DNA of 64,000 nucleotides from Patescibacteria group bacterium. GTDB lineage: Bacteria > Patescibacteriota > Minisyncoccia > Phycocordibacterales > UBA918. The notes under the pieces were generated by a model. The model did no database searches. It was not told the DNA's origin and worked only from the letters and a program-made list of their open reading frames with translations. Below, in pieces: positions 1-11,192 of the stretch. The stretch's first letter is position 1; every line of letters begins with the position of its first letter. The position numbers were made by a program, and so were the translations under genes. Where the stretch lies: positions 6,853 through 70,852 of the forward strand of contig JAZKFU010000008.1 in the NCBI GenBank assembly GCA_040386275.1. Reading direction: 5' to 3'.

Positions 1-843
1 CTCGCCATTCAAAAGTGGGGAAGCGAAGTCTTAGAACGCGTCGTCGTGATTACCGACGAAGGTTCTGTTTTTGCCGATACTGCTCAGACTAAAGGTATCG
101 CAGTACTAACCTTGCCGCCGATTATCGGTGGACGATTTTCAATGTTTACTGCCGTGGGTCTATTTCCCTTAGCGGCTTTAGGGGTATCAGTAACCGAGTT
201 ATTGAAGGGGGCCCAAGAAGTACGACGACAGAGTTTAAATCCTGACATTATGGTTAACCCGGCTGCACAGTCGGCGTTGGTAGCCTATCAGTGTTATCAG
301 CATGGGCAAATGGTGCATGATACCTTTGTGTTTAAACCCGAATTGGAGTCACTTGGTAAATGGTACCGCCAATTACTGGGAGAGAGTTTGGGAAAGACAG
401 TGGAAGGTGAAGGTGATACTGCACGGGTTGGGTTTGTTCCTACTGTGTCAGTAGGTTCAACTGATCTACATTCGGTCGCGCAATTATATCTCGGTGGTCC
501 GGCAAGAACGTTGACAACATTTATTCATTCAAATATAACAGCACATCCTCACACTAGTCCCGCCGAACGTGTTTTCCCAGAGCTGGCTCCGATGATAGCA
601 GGCAAAACGACCACCGAGATAATGGAGGCTATATTACAAGGGACTAAAACCGCCTACAATAATCAGTCATTGCCATTTATGGAAATTGTCTTTGATGATT
701 TGACCCCTTTTGAGCTAGGTGCCTTTATGCAATTTAAAATGATGGAAATAATGTACCTAGGGCGATTGTTCGGAGTCGATGCGTTTTCTCAGCCGGCGGT
801 GGAGTTGTATAAGGTAGAAACAAAGAAGTTGCTGGTAAGGTAA
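1..843 (+). CDS. pgi: Glucose-6-phosphate isomerase, C-terminal part (5' truncated by window)
   Basis: IGGRFS, W..QLLGESLGK, G.TDLHS..Q and DAFSQPAVELYK motifs; the frame is open from position 1. Confidence 0.9.
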   Translation, partial: LAIQKWGSEVLERVVVITDEGSVFADTAQTKGIAVLTLPPIIGGRFSMFTAVGLFPLAALGVSVTELLKGAQEVRRQSLNPDIMVNPAAQSALVAYQCYQHGQMVHDTFVFKPELESLGKWYRQLLGESLGKTVEGEGDTARVGFVPTVSVGSTDLHSVAQLYLGGPARTLTTFIHSNITAHPHTSPAERVFPELAPMIAGKTTTEIMEAILQGTKTAYNNQSLPFMEIVFDDLTPFELGAFMQFKMMEIMYLGRLFGVDAFSQPAVELYKVETKKLLVR

Positions 844-859
844 TAATAAAGTAATAACA

Positions 860-887
860 AAAAACCCCGGCAAACCGCAGGGGTTTT
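860..887. terminator. Hairpin terminator between convergent genes
   Basis: aaaacccc-gg...cc-gcagggg-tttt with A/T tails. Confidence 0.6.
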
Positions 888-894
888 CCGGAGA

Positions 895-1116
895 TTATGT
901 GACATCACCACGCCGTATTTCAAGGTGAAACACTCCGATTAGGAATGGTCCGCAGGCTATCACAAAGACAAAGTCAAGCACAATAGTTGATATATCCATC
1001 GCTTGCCCTCTTTTCTCACTGTAGGTTTTCAGTGAGTGGTACGCGAGCGGGATGGTATAGCATGTGCAGGCAACCCAGATTGCCAAAAGAACACTTAGAA
1101 AAATTGCCCAGTCCAT
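895..1116 (-). CDS. Small orphan membrane protein (2 TM)
   Basis: Hydrophobic ORF; upstream TTGACT-17-TATTAT promoter and AAGGGA SD. Confidence 0.7.
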   Translation of the reverse strand: MDWAIFLSVLLAIWVACTCYTIPLAYHSLKTYSEKRGQAMDISTIVLDFVFVIACGPFLIGVFHLEIRRGDVT

Positions 1117-1307
1117 TTTTTCGTCCCTTTTAACTAGCTGGTTTATTTCATTTAAAATAATAGCACAATTTTTTCAAATAGTCAATGTTTAGTAAATATT
1201 ATCGAAGCACTCATTTAATTTCTCCCCACAATATTAGGCTTTGATTATCAGCGTTTCTCTGGTATGATGCGGGCGCAACTGCAAAAGTTGCAAAAACGTT
1301 GATTTTT

Positions 1308-2084
1308 ATGCTCGGAATTGCTACTGCGTACGCTGCTGAAGGCGGCATCCATGTTAAACTTGCTCCCTATATTGTGGGAGAGTTCCTTGGTGTGCCGATT
1401 ACCGCCACCATGCTCACCACCTGGCTTACGATGGCTATCTTGATTGGTTTGGCCTTTATGGTTAAAGCCAAAATTGCGACCGTACCCGGTAAATTGCAGA
1501 GTGTGTTTGAGCTCATGATTGGTGGGGTGTATGACTATATGAGTGATGTGCTTGAAAGTAAAAGCATGGCGCGGAAATATTTTCCGGTCATCATGACGAT
1601 TTTTTTGTTTGTGTTGGCGCTCAATTGGGTGGGGTTGTTACCCGGAGTAACTTCAATTGGACTCTATGAAGTACACGACGGCGCTGAACACTTTACACCC
1701 TTGTTATATCCAGCGGCGACTGACTTAAATATCACCATTGCTTTTGCGATTGTGGCGTTTTTCACCATTGAACTCGCGGGAGTGCTCGCGATTGGGTTGT
1801 TTAAATACACGGGCAAGTTTATTAATTTCAAATCACCGTTGGGGTTTGTGATTGGTATCATTGAATTAATTTCTGAATTGGCACGTCTGATTTCGTTTTC
1901 GTTCCGGTTGTTTGGAAATATCTTCGCCGGGAAAACGCTCTTGGTGGTCGTGATGTTTTTTGTGCCGTACATTGTACCGGTGCCACTGGTGGCGTTTGAA
2001 TTATTTGTGGGATTCATCCAGGCCTTTGTGTTTGCGATTTTGACCTTGTTCTTTATCAAGCTTGCCGTTGAAGCGCCACATTAG
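1308..2084 (+). CDS. atpB: F0F1 ATP synthase subunit a
   Basis: SFRLFGNIFAG motif with the conserved Arg, ELFVGFIQAFVF; ATG 1308 preferred over TTG 1299. Confidence 0.97.
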   Translation: MLGIATAYAAEGGIHVKLAPYIVGEFLGVPITATMLTTWLTMAILIGLAFMVKAKIATVPGKLQSVFELMIGGVYDYMSDVLESKSMARKYFPVIMTIFLFVLALNWVGLLPGVTSIGLYEVHDGAEHFTPLLYPAATDLNITIAFAIVAFFTIELAGVLAIGLFKYTGKFINFKSPLGFVIGIIELISELARLISFSFRLFGNIFAGKTLLVVVMFFVPYIVPVPLVAFELFVGFIQAFVFAILTLFFIKLAVEAPH

Positions 2085-2182
2085 TAGATAGTCACGAGTT
2101 CCGTACATACTTCAATGTATAGGACGTAGCTCGTAGCTGTTTGGTAACACGCTAGAAGATTTATAAAAAAATAATTATATAA

Positions 2183-2443
<261 letters not shown>

Positions 2444-2446
<3 letters not shown>

Positions 2447-2569
2447 TCATTACAATATCACCCAGTCTACTGCGTTGTGCTGCAGTAAAATTATTTTCAC
2501 CGTACAAGGAGTACGGCTCAAACAATTTTCTTTGCACGCCTTGTATCTCGGGCAATCTTGTAAAGACTA
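2444..2569 (+). repeat. Palindromic intergenic element family A (ERIC-like), copy 1
   Basis: tagtc..gacta termini; ctactgcgttg / tcaccgtac-aagga-gtacggctc / cgccttgtatct core. Confidence 0.85.
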
Positions 2570-2614
2570 GAGAAGTTAACGCCAGTTACATTAACTAGTA
2601 ATTAAATTAATAGC

Positions 2615-3064
2615 ATGGAAGAAATAATAAAAGCCTTCGGTATTGATGGTCGTCTGATCATCGTTCAAATCATCAACTTCGGGATTTTGATGGTGGCCTT
2701 GGTGTACTTCTTGTACAATCCGATTTTGAATCTCTTAGCCAGTCGCGAAGAGAAAATCGTGCAGGGTATCAAAGATGCTGAAGCCGCAGCAGCTGCTAAA
2801 GCCTCAGCCGATGCAGAGAAAAAAGTAATTTTAACTGACGCTCACAGTGAAGCGGCAGCGGTGAATGCGCGCGCTAAAGTGGCGGCTGACGCGACGGCAA
2901 GTGATATTCTCGCCAAAGCGCAAACTGACGCAGCAGCGGTGATTGCAGAAGCGGCAGTAAAGGCTGAACAATTAAAACTTCAAGCCGAACGTGATAGCGC
3001 TGCCGAGATTGCCAAAACTGCGATTCTTGCAGCCGAAAAAATTCTCACTCAAAAGAGTGCTTAA
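2615..3064 (+). CDS. atpF: F0F1 ATP synthase subunit b
   Basis: N-terminal TM (QIINFGILM), Ala-rich coiled coil, operon position. Confidence 0.93.
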   Translation: MEEIIKAFGIDGRLIIVQIINFGILMVALVYFLYNPILNLLASREEKIVQGIKDAEAAAAAKASADAEKKVILTDAHSEAAAVNARAKVAADATASDILAKAQTDAAAVIAEAAVKAEQLKLQAERDSAAEIAKTAILAAEKILTQKSA

Positions 3065-3070
3065 TAATTT

Positions 3071-3454
3071 ATGAAAGATACCTACGTTCACGCAGTGTTA
3101 GAACTTATTCAAGCCGGGCAACCGATTGAGACAGTTTTAACAAACCTTAAAAAGGTGCTGGCAACACGAGGTCATCTAAAATTACACGGTTCTATCTTGA
3201 ATGCGGTAATGACACAGTTAGAAGCAGCTCTCGCAAGTGAAGTGCCAACAGTAGTGCTCGCACGCGAAGGCGCAGTGACGGATGCCGCGATTAAAAATGC
3301 CCTAGCACAGCTCGGAGCTTCAGATGCTGACTATCGAGTGTCATATAATCCAAATATTATTGGCGGGCTTATCGCAACGTACAAGAGTAAACAGCTTGAT
3401 CAAAGTTACCAAACAAAGTTACGAGAATTATACCAATCCATTATTACCGCCTAA
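3071..3454 (+). CDS. atpH: F0F1 ATP synthase subunit delta (short)
   Basis: NPNIIGG....K.LD.S C-terminal motif, position between atpF and atpA. Confidence 0.85.
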   Translation: MKDTYVHAVLELIQAGQPIETVLTNLKKVLATRGHLKLHGSILNAVMTQLEAALASEVPTVVLAREGAVTDAAIKNALAQLGASDADYRVSYNPNIIGGLIATYKSKQLDQSYQTKLRELYQSIITA

Positions 3455-3471
3455 TTATTATCAAAACCACT

Positions 3472-5037
3472 ATGAGCACCACTATTATTGATCGCATTAA
3501 AAAAGAAATTGAAGCCCTAGACGTGGCTGTTGCTCCCAAAGAAATGGGGGTAGTGACTGCAGTCTCTGACGGAATCATTGAAATCACCGGCCTGACGAGT
3601 GCTCGGATGATGGAGATGGTTGTCTTTGGTGTCGGTGAAGGAGCAACGCTTGAAACTGCGCTCAAGCAAACGACTGTGCTGTATGGTTTGGTATTAAATC
3701 TTGAAGAGGATGTGGTGAAGGTGGTGGTCTTGGGTGAAAGTGCGGGCATTCGTGAAGGAATGACCGTGTTTCGTACAAACACCTTGCTTTCAGTACCTGT
3801 AGGTGACGGTATTGTGGGGCGGGTAGTTAATGCGCTTGGTGAAATGATTGATGGTAAAGGTGCTATTACGACAGATAAGAATATGCCGATTGAACGTGTA
3901 GCCTACGGTGTAATGGATCGCTCGTCGGTAAATGAACCGATTCACACGGGAATTAAAGCGATTGACGCGATGATTCCCATCGGACGTGGACAGCGCGAAC
4001 TTATTATTGGTGACCGCGGTACTGGGAAAACAACCATTGCAATTGATACTATCATCAACCAAAAGTACGAACCAAAAGAGAAACGACCAATTTGTATTTA
4101 CGTAGCAATTGGACAGAAGCGTTCTAAAACAGCGAACATCATGGCCCAGCTTGAAAAAGCCGGTGCGATGGAATACACAACGATTATCGCAACGAGTGCG
4201 TCTGAAGCCTCACCGCTACTTTTCCTTGCTCCGTTTACCGGTATGGCGATTGGTGAATACTTTATGGAACAAGGTCGGGATGTCGTTATTATTCTCGACG
4301 ATTTAAGTAAGCACGCGGTCGCGTACCGACAAATGTCACTCTTGCTCCGTCGTCCTCCAGGACGTGAAGCGTATCCAGGAGACATCTTTTACCTACACTC
4401 ACGTTTACTCGAACGATCAGCAAAGTTGTCTGCTGAACTCGGTGGGGGATCTATTACCGCCTTGCCGATTATTGAAACGCAAGAAGGTGACGTATCTGCG
4501 TATATTCCAACCAACGTAATTTCTATTACCGATGGTCAGATTTTCCTCGAGACTGATTTGTTTAACAAAGGAATTCGTCCAGCGCTTAACGTCGGTATCT
4601 CGGTATCTCGGGTAGGTTCTAGTGCACAAACTAAAGCCATGAAAGCCGTAGCCGGAAAGATTCGTCTTGAACTCGCACAATTCCGAGAGCTCGAAGCCTT
4701 TATGCAATTTGCGTCTGACCTGGATGCTGATACTAAAGCGCGGATTGATAGTGGTCGCAAGTATGTCGAGATGTTGAAGCAAACGCAAAACAACCCGATG
4801 CCGTTCTACAAACAAGTAATTTCAATTTATGGAGCTAACACTGGACTCTTCGACGGCGCTGATCCAAAAAACGTACGCGCTATTGAAGATGCGTACCAAG
4901 CCTTTATCGAGCGAGATCGAAAAGCGACGCTTGATGCGGTAGAAAGTACGCGCGCCTTGTCAGACGAACTAAAAGCTGATCTCGACAAATCAATTGTAGA
5001 TTTCAAAGAAGCCAATAGTAACTTGTATATTGCGTAA
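3472..5037 (+). CDS. atpA: F0F1 ATP synthase subunit alpha
   Basis: GRGQRELIIGDRGTGKT, RRPPGREAYPGD. Confidence 0.99.
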   Translation: MSTTIIDRIKKEIEALDVAVAPKEMGVVTAVSDGIIEITGLTSARMMEMVVFGVGEGATLETALKQTTVLYGLVLNLEEDVVKVVVLGESAGIREGMTVFRTNTLLSVPVGDGIVGRVVNALGEMIDGKGAITTDKNMPIERVAYGVMDRSSVNEPIHTGIKAIDAMIPIGRGQRELIIGDRGTGKTTIAIDTIINQKYEPKEKRPICIYVAIGQKRSKTANIMAQLEKAGAMEYTTIIATSASEASPLLFLAPFTGMAIGEYFMEQGRDVVIILDDLSKHAVAYRQMSLLLRRPPGREAYPGDIFYLHSRLLERSAKLSAELGGGSITALPIIETQEGDVSAYIPTNVISITDGQIFLETDLFNKGIRPALNVGISVSRVGSSAQTKAMKAVAGKIRLELAQFRELEAFMQFASDLDADTKARIDSGRKYVEMLKQTQNNPMPFYKQVISIYGANTGLFDGADPKNVRAIEDAYQAFIERDRKATLDAVESTRALSDELKADLDKSIVDFKEANSNLYIA

Positions 5038-5076
5038 TATTTTCTCTCTTCAATATTCCATCTTCAATATCCTCTC

Positions 5077-5979
5077 ATGGCACTCAAACAAATTAAAAAC
5101 AAAATAATCTCCACCAAGAAAACCGGTAAAGTTACCAAGGCGATGGAGGCGGTGTCGGCGGTTAAAATGCGCAAGAGTCAGATGCGTGCGTTTGAAAGCC
5201 GTCCGTATGTTCGTACGGCCATGCGAATCCTTTCTCGACTCGCTGATTCACACGAAGGACTGGCTCATCCGCTCGCGCAAAAACGTGAACGGGGACGACG
5301 CTTGCTGATTATTGTTACCAGTGACAAAGGGTTAGCCGGGAGTGTAAACAGTGCGGTTTTAAAACGAGTAGATCACACGGTACTAGCTCATCCGGAAACA
5401 GATGTGGTGTGTATTGGTCGCAAGGCAAGTGAGTATGCCCAAAGACAAAACCTCAAAGTGCTCTATGAGCACACGAATGTCTCGGATGATATTTCTCTAG
5501 CCGAAGTGTCTGAGATTTCTACACTAGCCGTGAACCATTTTACGCAAGGTACCTATACCGGTGTTGACGTGGTGTATCAAAACTTCCTTTCTACCTTTGA
5601 ACAAGAGCCCGTGAAGCGTCAAGTATTACCTCTTGATACTGCAGAAATTATGACCATTATGGAAGGTATTAAGCCACGCGCCGGGGCAAAGATTCCCGTA
5701 GAGTCTCAAGCTACCGCACAAGAAACCTATACCGTCGAACCTTCAGCTGAAGCAGTATTAAATATCCTGATTCCTCAATTGGTTCAAGTGGTGGTCTATC
5801 ACGCGTTGTTGGAAAGTAAGGCGAGTGAACATAGTGCTCGAATGGTAGCAATGAAAAACGCCACTGATAAGAGTAAGGAGGTAACAAGGTTCCTCACGCT
5901 TAAATACAACAAAGCCCGTCAAGCAGCAATCACAGCCGAAGTAGCAGAGATAACCGGCGGTATGGAAGCAATGAAATAA
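5077..5979 (+). CDS. atpG: F0F1 ATP synthase subunit gamma
   Basis: KVTKAMEAVSA, SEHSARMVAMKNATD, NKARQAAIT.E. Confidence 0.98.
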   Translation: MALKQIKNKIISTKKTGKVTKAMEAVSAVKMRKSQMRAFESRPYVRTAMRILSRLADSHEGLAHPLAQKRERGRRLLIIVTSDKGLAGSVNSAVLKRVDHTVLAHPETDVVCIGRKASEYAQRQNLKVLYEHTNVSDDISLAEVSEISTLAVNHFTQGTYTGVDVVYQNFLSTFEQEPVKRQVLPLDTAEIMTIMEGIKPRAGAKIPVESQATAQETYTVEPSAEAVLNILIPQLVQVVVYHALLESKASEHSARMVAMKNATDKSKEVTRFLTLKYNKARQAAITAEVAEITGGMEAMK

Positions 5980-6100
5980 ATCCTCGATATGACTTCATTT
6001 GCTTTGTCAGACTGCAGTAAAATAAAACTCACCGTACAGAAAGTACGGCTCGCATTATTTTCTTTGTCTTTCGCGCAACTAAAGCCATCTCAAGAATTTA
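5977..6100 (+). repeat. Family A palindromic element, copy 2
   Basis: taaat..attta termini; ctcaccgtac-agaaa-gtacggctcg core. Confidence 0.8.
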
Positions 6101-6120
6101 TAAGTTAAATTCTTTGGAAC

Positions 6121-6142
6121 GTCAGACAAGACGTTAAAATCA
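6121..6142 (+). repeat. 22-bp direct repeat, left copy (GTCAGACAAGACGTTAAAATCA)
   Basis: Identical to 6475-6496. Confidence 0.9.
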
Positions 6143-6152
6143 ATCTTAATCT

Positions 6153-6470
6153 ATGAAAACTACATTAAAGTTAATATGTCTATTTACTGTACTGTATGCA
6201 ACTTTGCTATTAATTTGGTATGTAGTTTTTGATTTGGTTGGAGTGTCTAGTAATTTTAATACTTTGTATATCTACACAATTCTATATTTACCGCCTACGA
6301 TTTTTATAATTCTATTTATTAGAGCTTTGATAAATAAAAGTAATGTAAAGTCCATAGGTATGTATGTCCTTGTGGGTTTAATCCTAGGTCTGGTAACAGC
6401 CGGTATCTATAATGTTACTCACGGGGGTTTTGGTCCTGAGTCTCTTGATTCAATATCAGACCCATCATAA
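6153..6470 (+). CDS. AT-rich orphan membrane protein (3 TM) inserted in the atp operon
   Basis: 105-aa hydrophobic ORF between the direct repeats. Confidence 0.75.
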   Translation: MKTTLKLICLFTVLYATLLLIWYVVFDLVGVSSNFNTLYIYTILYLPPTIFIILFIRALINKSNVKSIGMYVLVGLILGLVTAGIYNVTHGGFGPESLDSISDPS

Positions 6471-6474
6471 GTTT

Positions 6475-6496
6475 GTCAGACAAGACGTTAAAATCA
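6475..6496 (+). repeat. 22-bp direct repeat, right copy
   Basis: Identical to 6121-6142. Confidence 0.9.
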
Positions 6497-6555
6497 TAAG
6501 TACTTTTAAGTAGTGAGTATCTAAAATTTAGACTTTCACTACTCAGTGGTACTGA

Positions 6556-7953
<1,398 letters not shown>

Positions 7954-7956
7954 TCT

Positions 7957-8202
7957 ATGGCAAAACTGTTACAACTCTCTATATCTAAAGTTGATGCGTC
8001 GGTCTTTGATGGTCCGGTTGTTTCGGTGACGGTACCGGGGACAGAAGGGGAGATGACTATTTTGGCGGACCACACTGCTCTTATATCAGTGTTAAAACCG
8101 GGAGTGATTACCCTAATAGCCGAAGGGGGTGCTACACAGACTTTTGAAACTGCCGGAGGTACTCTGGAAATCAGTAACAATCACGCAACGGTATTAATTT
8201 AA
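7957..8202 (+). CDS. atpC: F0F1 ATP synthase subunit epsilon (N-terminal beta domain only)
   Basis: VPG.EGE..IL.DH..LIS.LKPG motif. Confidence 0.92.
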   Translation: MAKLLQLSISKVDASVFDGPVVSVTVPGTEGEMTILADHTALISVLKPGVITLIAEGGATQTFETAGGTLEISNNHATVLI

Positions 8203-8347
8203 CAGCACTATTAATTGGAGGGAAACTAAGCCTACCTCAAACACTATACCCAATTAGATTTTAGGTAAAACCTTCCATTCGAATGGAATGTTTTTACTTT
8301 GAAATTTTTCTATTAAACTCTGCGTAGTAAGAGTATAATTACAATAT

Positions 8348-8977
8348 ATGGATAAAAACCAAGTTACGATGATTGCAGTGGGAGCGGGTATTGTTGGTTT
8401 GCTCGTGGGTATGGCTGTTACTTCACTCGGTGATGCAGGGCGAGGAGGTAATCGCGAAAAGCATGAAGATAAAATGGGCATGATGGAACACCGTGATGAT
8501 GAAATGGGGATGGATCACTCTGGTATGGCGATGGAAAGTAACCGTGTAGAGAGCGAACGGGAATTTATTACCGAAATGATTCCACATCATGAAGAAGCGA
8601 TAAAAAGCGCCCAAGAAGTATTAGTGCGAGGCGGAACCACGCCCGAAATCAGAGCCTTAGCCCAAAATATTATTACCACGCAACAGGTTGAGGTAGATAG
8701 TATGAAAGCTATGTTTAAAGACTGGTATGGTGCTGACTATAAACCAGAAGGTAACTATGAAGCCATGATGCGCGATGTGCGTAGTCTCTCGGGAGTGGAA
8801 CTTGATAAAGCATTTTTGACCGACATGATTATGCATCACGAAATGGCTATTACTATGTCTAATGACGTGACCCCACACCTCGTCCATGAAGAACTAAAGA
8901 CGCTTTCAACGAATATCAAAACGACGCAAACCACTGAGTTAGAAACCATGAAAAAGCTCTTGGAAACCCTTAACTAA
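8348..8977 (+). CDS. DUF305 (CopM-like) ferritin-fold protein with N-terminal TM
   Basis: Two F...MI.HH..AI repeats, Met/His-rich linker. Confidence 0.85.
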   Translation: MDKNQVTMIAVGAGIVGLLVGMAVTSLGDAGRGGNREKHEDKMGMMEHRDDEMGMDHSGMAMESNRVESEREFITEMIPHHEEAIKSAQEVLVRGGTTPEIRALAQNIITTQQVEVDSMKAMFKDWYGADYKPEGNYEAMMRDVRSLSGVELDKAFLTDMIMHHEMAITMSNDVTPHLVHEELKTLSTNIKTTQTTELETMKKLLETLN

Positions 8978-9030
8978 CTATTTTTAAAAAAATGCTATAC
9001 TCCCCATACCATCTATAGAGGAGATGACAC

Positions 9031-9219
9031 GTGAAATTGTTCCTAAGTACTTTCCTGACGTTGGCAATCCAGACAGCGTCAGCACAGGCTTCATGTCCGG
9101 AAGGGCATATCAGCTGTGAGGAAGCAGCGCGACTCAATGGCGCCGCCAAAATCATGGGTATGATGACCGGGACCTCAATACCCACCATCCTCAACTGCGA
9201 AGAAACCACCACTTCATAA
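9031..9219 (+). CDS. Small secreted Cys-containing orphan protein
   Basis: Signal peptide (AQA cleavage), GAGGAG SD, TGnTATACT -10, terminator 9222-9261. Confidence 0.6.
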   Translation: MKLFLSTFLTLAIQTASAQASCPEGHISCEEAARLNGAAKIMGMMTGTSIPTILNCEETTTS

Positions 9220-9343
9220 CGATAAGGGCGACCCCGGCATATGCCAGGTCGCCCTTATTTTATGTATTACTCAAAAGCCCAAGTACAACGTCCTGCTCGT
9301 ACTTATTAAATAATTTAAATTAACATTACACCACGAAATTTTG

Positions 9344-9368
9344 AAGGAGGAGGCAAGACCTCCTCCTT
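9344..9368. repeat. REP-like hairpin family C, copy 1
   Basis: aaggaggagg-caaga-cctcctcctt; same loop at 28046-28088 and 11161-11189. Confidence 0.65.
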
Positions 9369-9370
9369 GG

Positions 9371-10237
9371 TTATTTTTGGCAAGTAGGGCAGTAGTGGGT
9401 GCCGCGGCCAGCGCAACGGATTTTTACTATGAGGGTTTTACACCGGGGGCAGGGGGTGCCTTGTTTGCCAAAAACTTGCAGGTACTCGGTAAAGTTACCG
9501 ACGTTTCCATTGCTATCAATAAAGTGTTTGAAGGTCGTGCCACCTACCTTGATAGATTCATTCATGACGTCTCCGGCAGCTTTGGCGAGCAATTTAGCTT
9601 CTTTATTAGTCAGTGTATTGGCGAGGCGAGTAGGGGCTATTTTGGCTCGCCAGAGGGCTTCGTCAACGTAGATGTTGCCGAGTCCGGCTACAAACGATTG
9701 ATTGAGTAAGGCGGCTTTGATAGGAGTTTTTCGGCGTTTAAGCGCAGTAGTGAACCAAGTTGTATCAAACTCACTATGAATTGGCTCTGGCCCATATTTT
9801 TCTTTTATCTTTTCTAGTTCCTCGTTGTTTACAATTTTAAGATAGCCAAATAAGCGCATGTCATTAAAATACATTGTGCCACTCGTGCCAAAATGTATCG
9901 CCAGGCGCGTGTGTTTGTGGGGAAACCCTGACCCATCACCATCAGACATTGAATGTCCACCTCCGATGACTGCACCTTTAGTATCAACAAAGAAAAACTG
10001 TCCGGTCATTTTGAGGTGTCCCAGCATAAATGTATCCGGTTGCTTAGCAAAGCAAAATATGAGCAACTTACCAACTCGGTCAATGTGATCGATGGTCAGG
10101 CCAACTATTTTTTTGGAAAATTGTGTATCACTGGCGGTAGTTTTAGGATGGTACACCGTAACACCAGAAATGGTTTTACCGCGTAGTTTATGGAGTAGTT
10201 GTAACCGTACAGTTTCGACTTCGGGGAGTTCGGGCAT
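9371..10237 (-). CDS. mutM: Formamidopyrimidine-DNA glycosylase
   Basis: PELPEVE N-terminus, HLKMTG, GLGNIY.DE, C-terminal zinc finger. Confidence 0.98.
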   Translation of the reverse strand: MPELPEVETVRLQLLHKLRGKTISGVTVYHPKTTASDTQFSKKIVGLTIDHIDRVGKLLIFCFAKQPDTFMLGHLKMTGQFFFVDTKGAVIGGGHSMSDGDGSGFPHKHTRLAIHFGTSGTMYFNDMRLFGYLKIVNNEELEKIKEKYGPEPIHSEFDTTWFTTALKRRKTPIKAALLNQSFVAGLGNIYVDEALWRAKIAPTRLANTLTNKEAKLLAKAAGDVMNESIKVGGTTFKHFIDSNGNVGNFTEYLQVFGKQGTPCPRCKTLIVKIRCAGRGTHYCPTCQK

Positions 10238-10375
10238 AATTACGCCATTTTACGTTAAATTTGTACAAAGCGCGATAATATTGTTTTTAAATAACGATAA
10301 CTGAGATAGAAAATATTGACTTTTATATATAATTATGGTAATGTATTTCAGAAATCGCAAGCAGGAGAAAAAGAA

Positions 10376-10594
10376 ATGTTTGTACTTGGAAGTTACAAGG
10401 GCAACATTCAGCTCGTAGAGGCTGATTTTCCCGGCGGCAATGTTGAGCCTGGCCAAAGGTTTGACCGTATGCCCACTACAGTTCTTGAAAAATGGCAAGT
10501 AATCAAGGCTTTCGACCATGAGAGCCAGCAGCGTCTCAAAGCATTGCAGGTTCTTATCGGGCACGTCGCCTTGTGCTCGCTGTTTGAAATTTAA
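10376..10594 (+). CDS. Small orphan protein (72 aa)
   Basis: TTGACT-17-TAATGT, GCAGGAG SD before ATG 10376, terminator 10619-10650. Confidence 0.6.
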   Translation: MFVLGSYKGNIQLVEADFPGGNVEPGQRFDRMPTTVLEKWQVIKAFDHESQQRLKALQVLIGHVALCSLFEI

Positions 10595-10685
10595 ATCAGG
10601 AGCATCGCAGATTGCTGGGGCAGCCTTGAGATTTTCAGGGCTGCTTTTTTTATATCAAAAATCCGGTCTTTCGACCGGATTTTTG

Positions 10686-10802
10686 TTAGCCTTCGCAACT
10701 GACACAGACAGATTCACTTGCCATGTGTATCCGCGGTTTAGTTGGAGCACTACTCGCGACTTCTGGTAAGTCAAAATCTACATTGAATGTGTTGTTTGCC
10801 AT
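10686..10802 (-). CDS. 38-aa peptide ending CVSCEG (not in the ORF track)
   Basis: Translates MANNTFNVDFDLPEVASSAPTKPRIHMASESVCVSCEG*; TGnTAAAAT -10 eight nt before ATG; hairpin terminator 10657-10684. Confidence 0.75.
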   Translation of the reverse strand: MANNTFNVDFDLPEVASSAPTKPRIHMASESVCVSCEG

Positions 10803-10923
10803 ATAAGACTATTTTACCATGTAGGAAAAATAGAAGTCTGACTGTAACTGTGTATAGAGACGTGATAGTGTTAGTTTTTGGTCGGTCAAGATACGCAATG
10901 TTTGGTTCGTCAAGATTAATGAG

Positions 10924-11109
10924 TTAATGAATGAGTTTAAAGGTGATATAAATTCCAATGAGTGCACCGATAGCGTTACCGATGAGGGCACTCATCGAAA
11001 ATGCTCCCGCATCCCACAACAGGCTTGGTACATACCCGCCAATTAAACCACCAATAAACATCCCGAAGTAAATCATGCGTTTTGATTCCATATCCTTGCA
11101 TCGTACCAC
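10924..11109 (-). CDS. Small Gly-rich membrane protein (2 TM)
   Basis: GMFIGGLIGGYVP...GALIGIY; start probably the internal ATG (MESK). Confidence 0.7.
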   Translation of the reverse strand: MVRCKDMESKRMIYFGMFIGGLIGGYVPSLLWDAGAFSMSALIGNAIGALIGIYITFKLIH

Positions 11110-11160
11110 ACTAAAAAACCTCAGAATAAATCCTGAGGCCTTTTAGTGTGCTACTACGTC

Positions 11161-11189
11161 ATAAGTTCGAGGCGAGACCTCGAACTTAT
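11161..11189. repeat. REP-like hairpin family C, copy 2
   Basis: ataagttcgagg-cgaga-cctcgaacttat. Confidence 0.55.
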
Positions 11190-11192
11190 ATA

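Noticed and set aside
5050-5068. 19-mer matching the reverse complement of 55225-55243 at 18/19
   Set aside because: AT-rich low-complexity sequence with only two copies; not enough for a family call.
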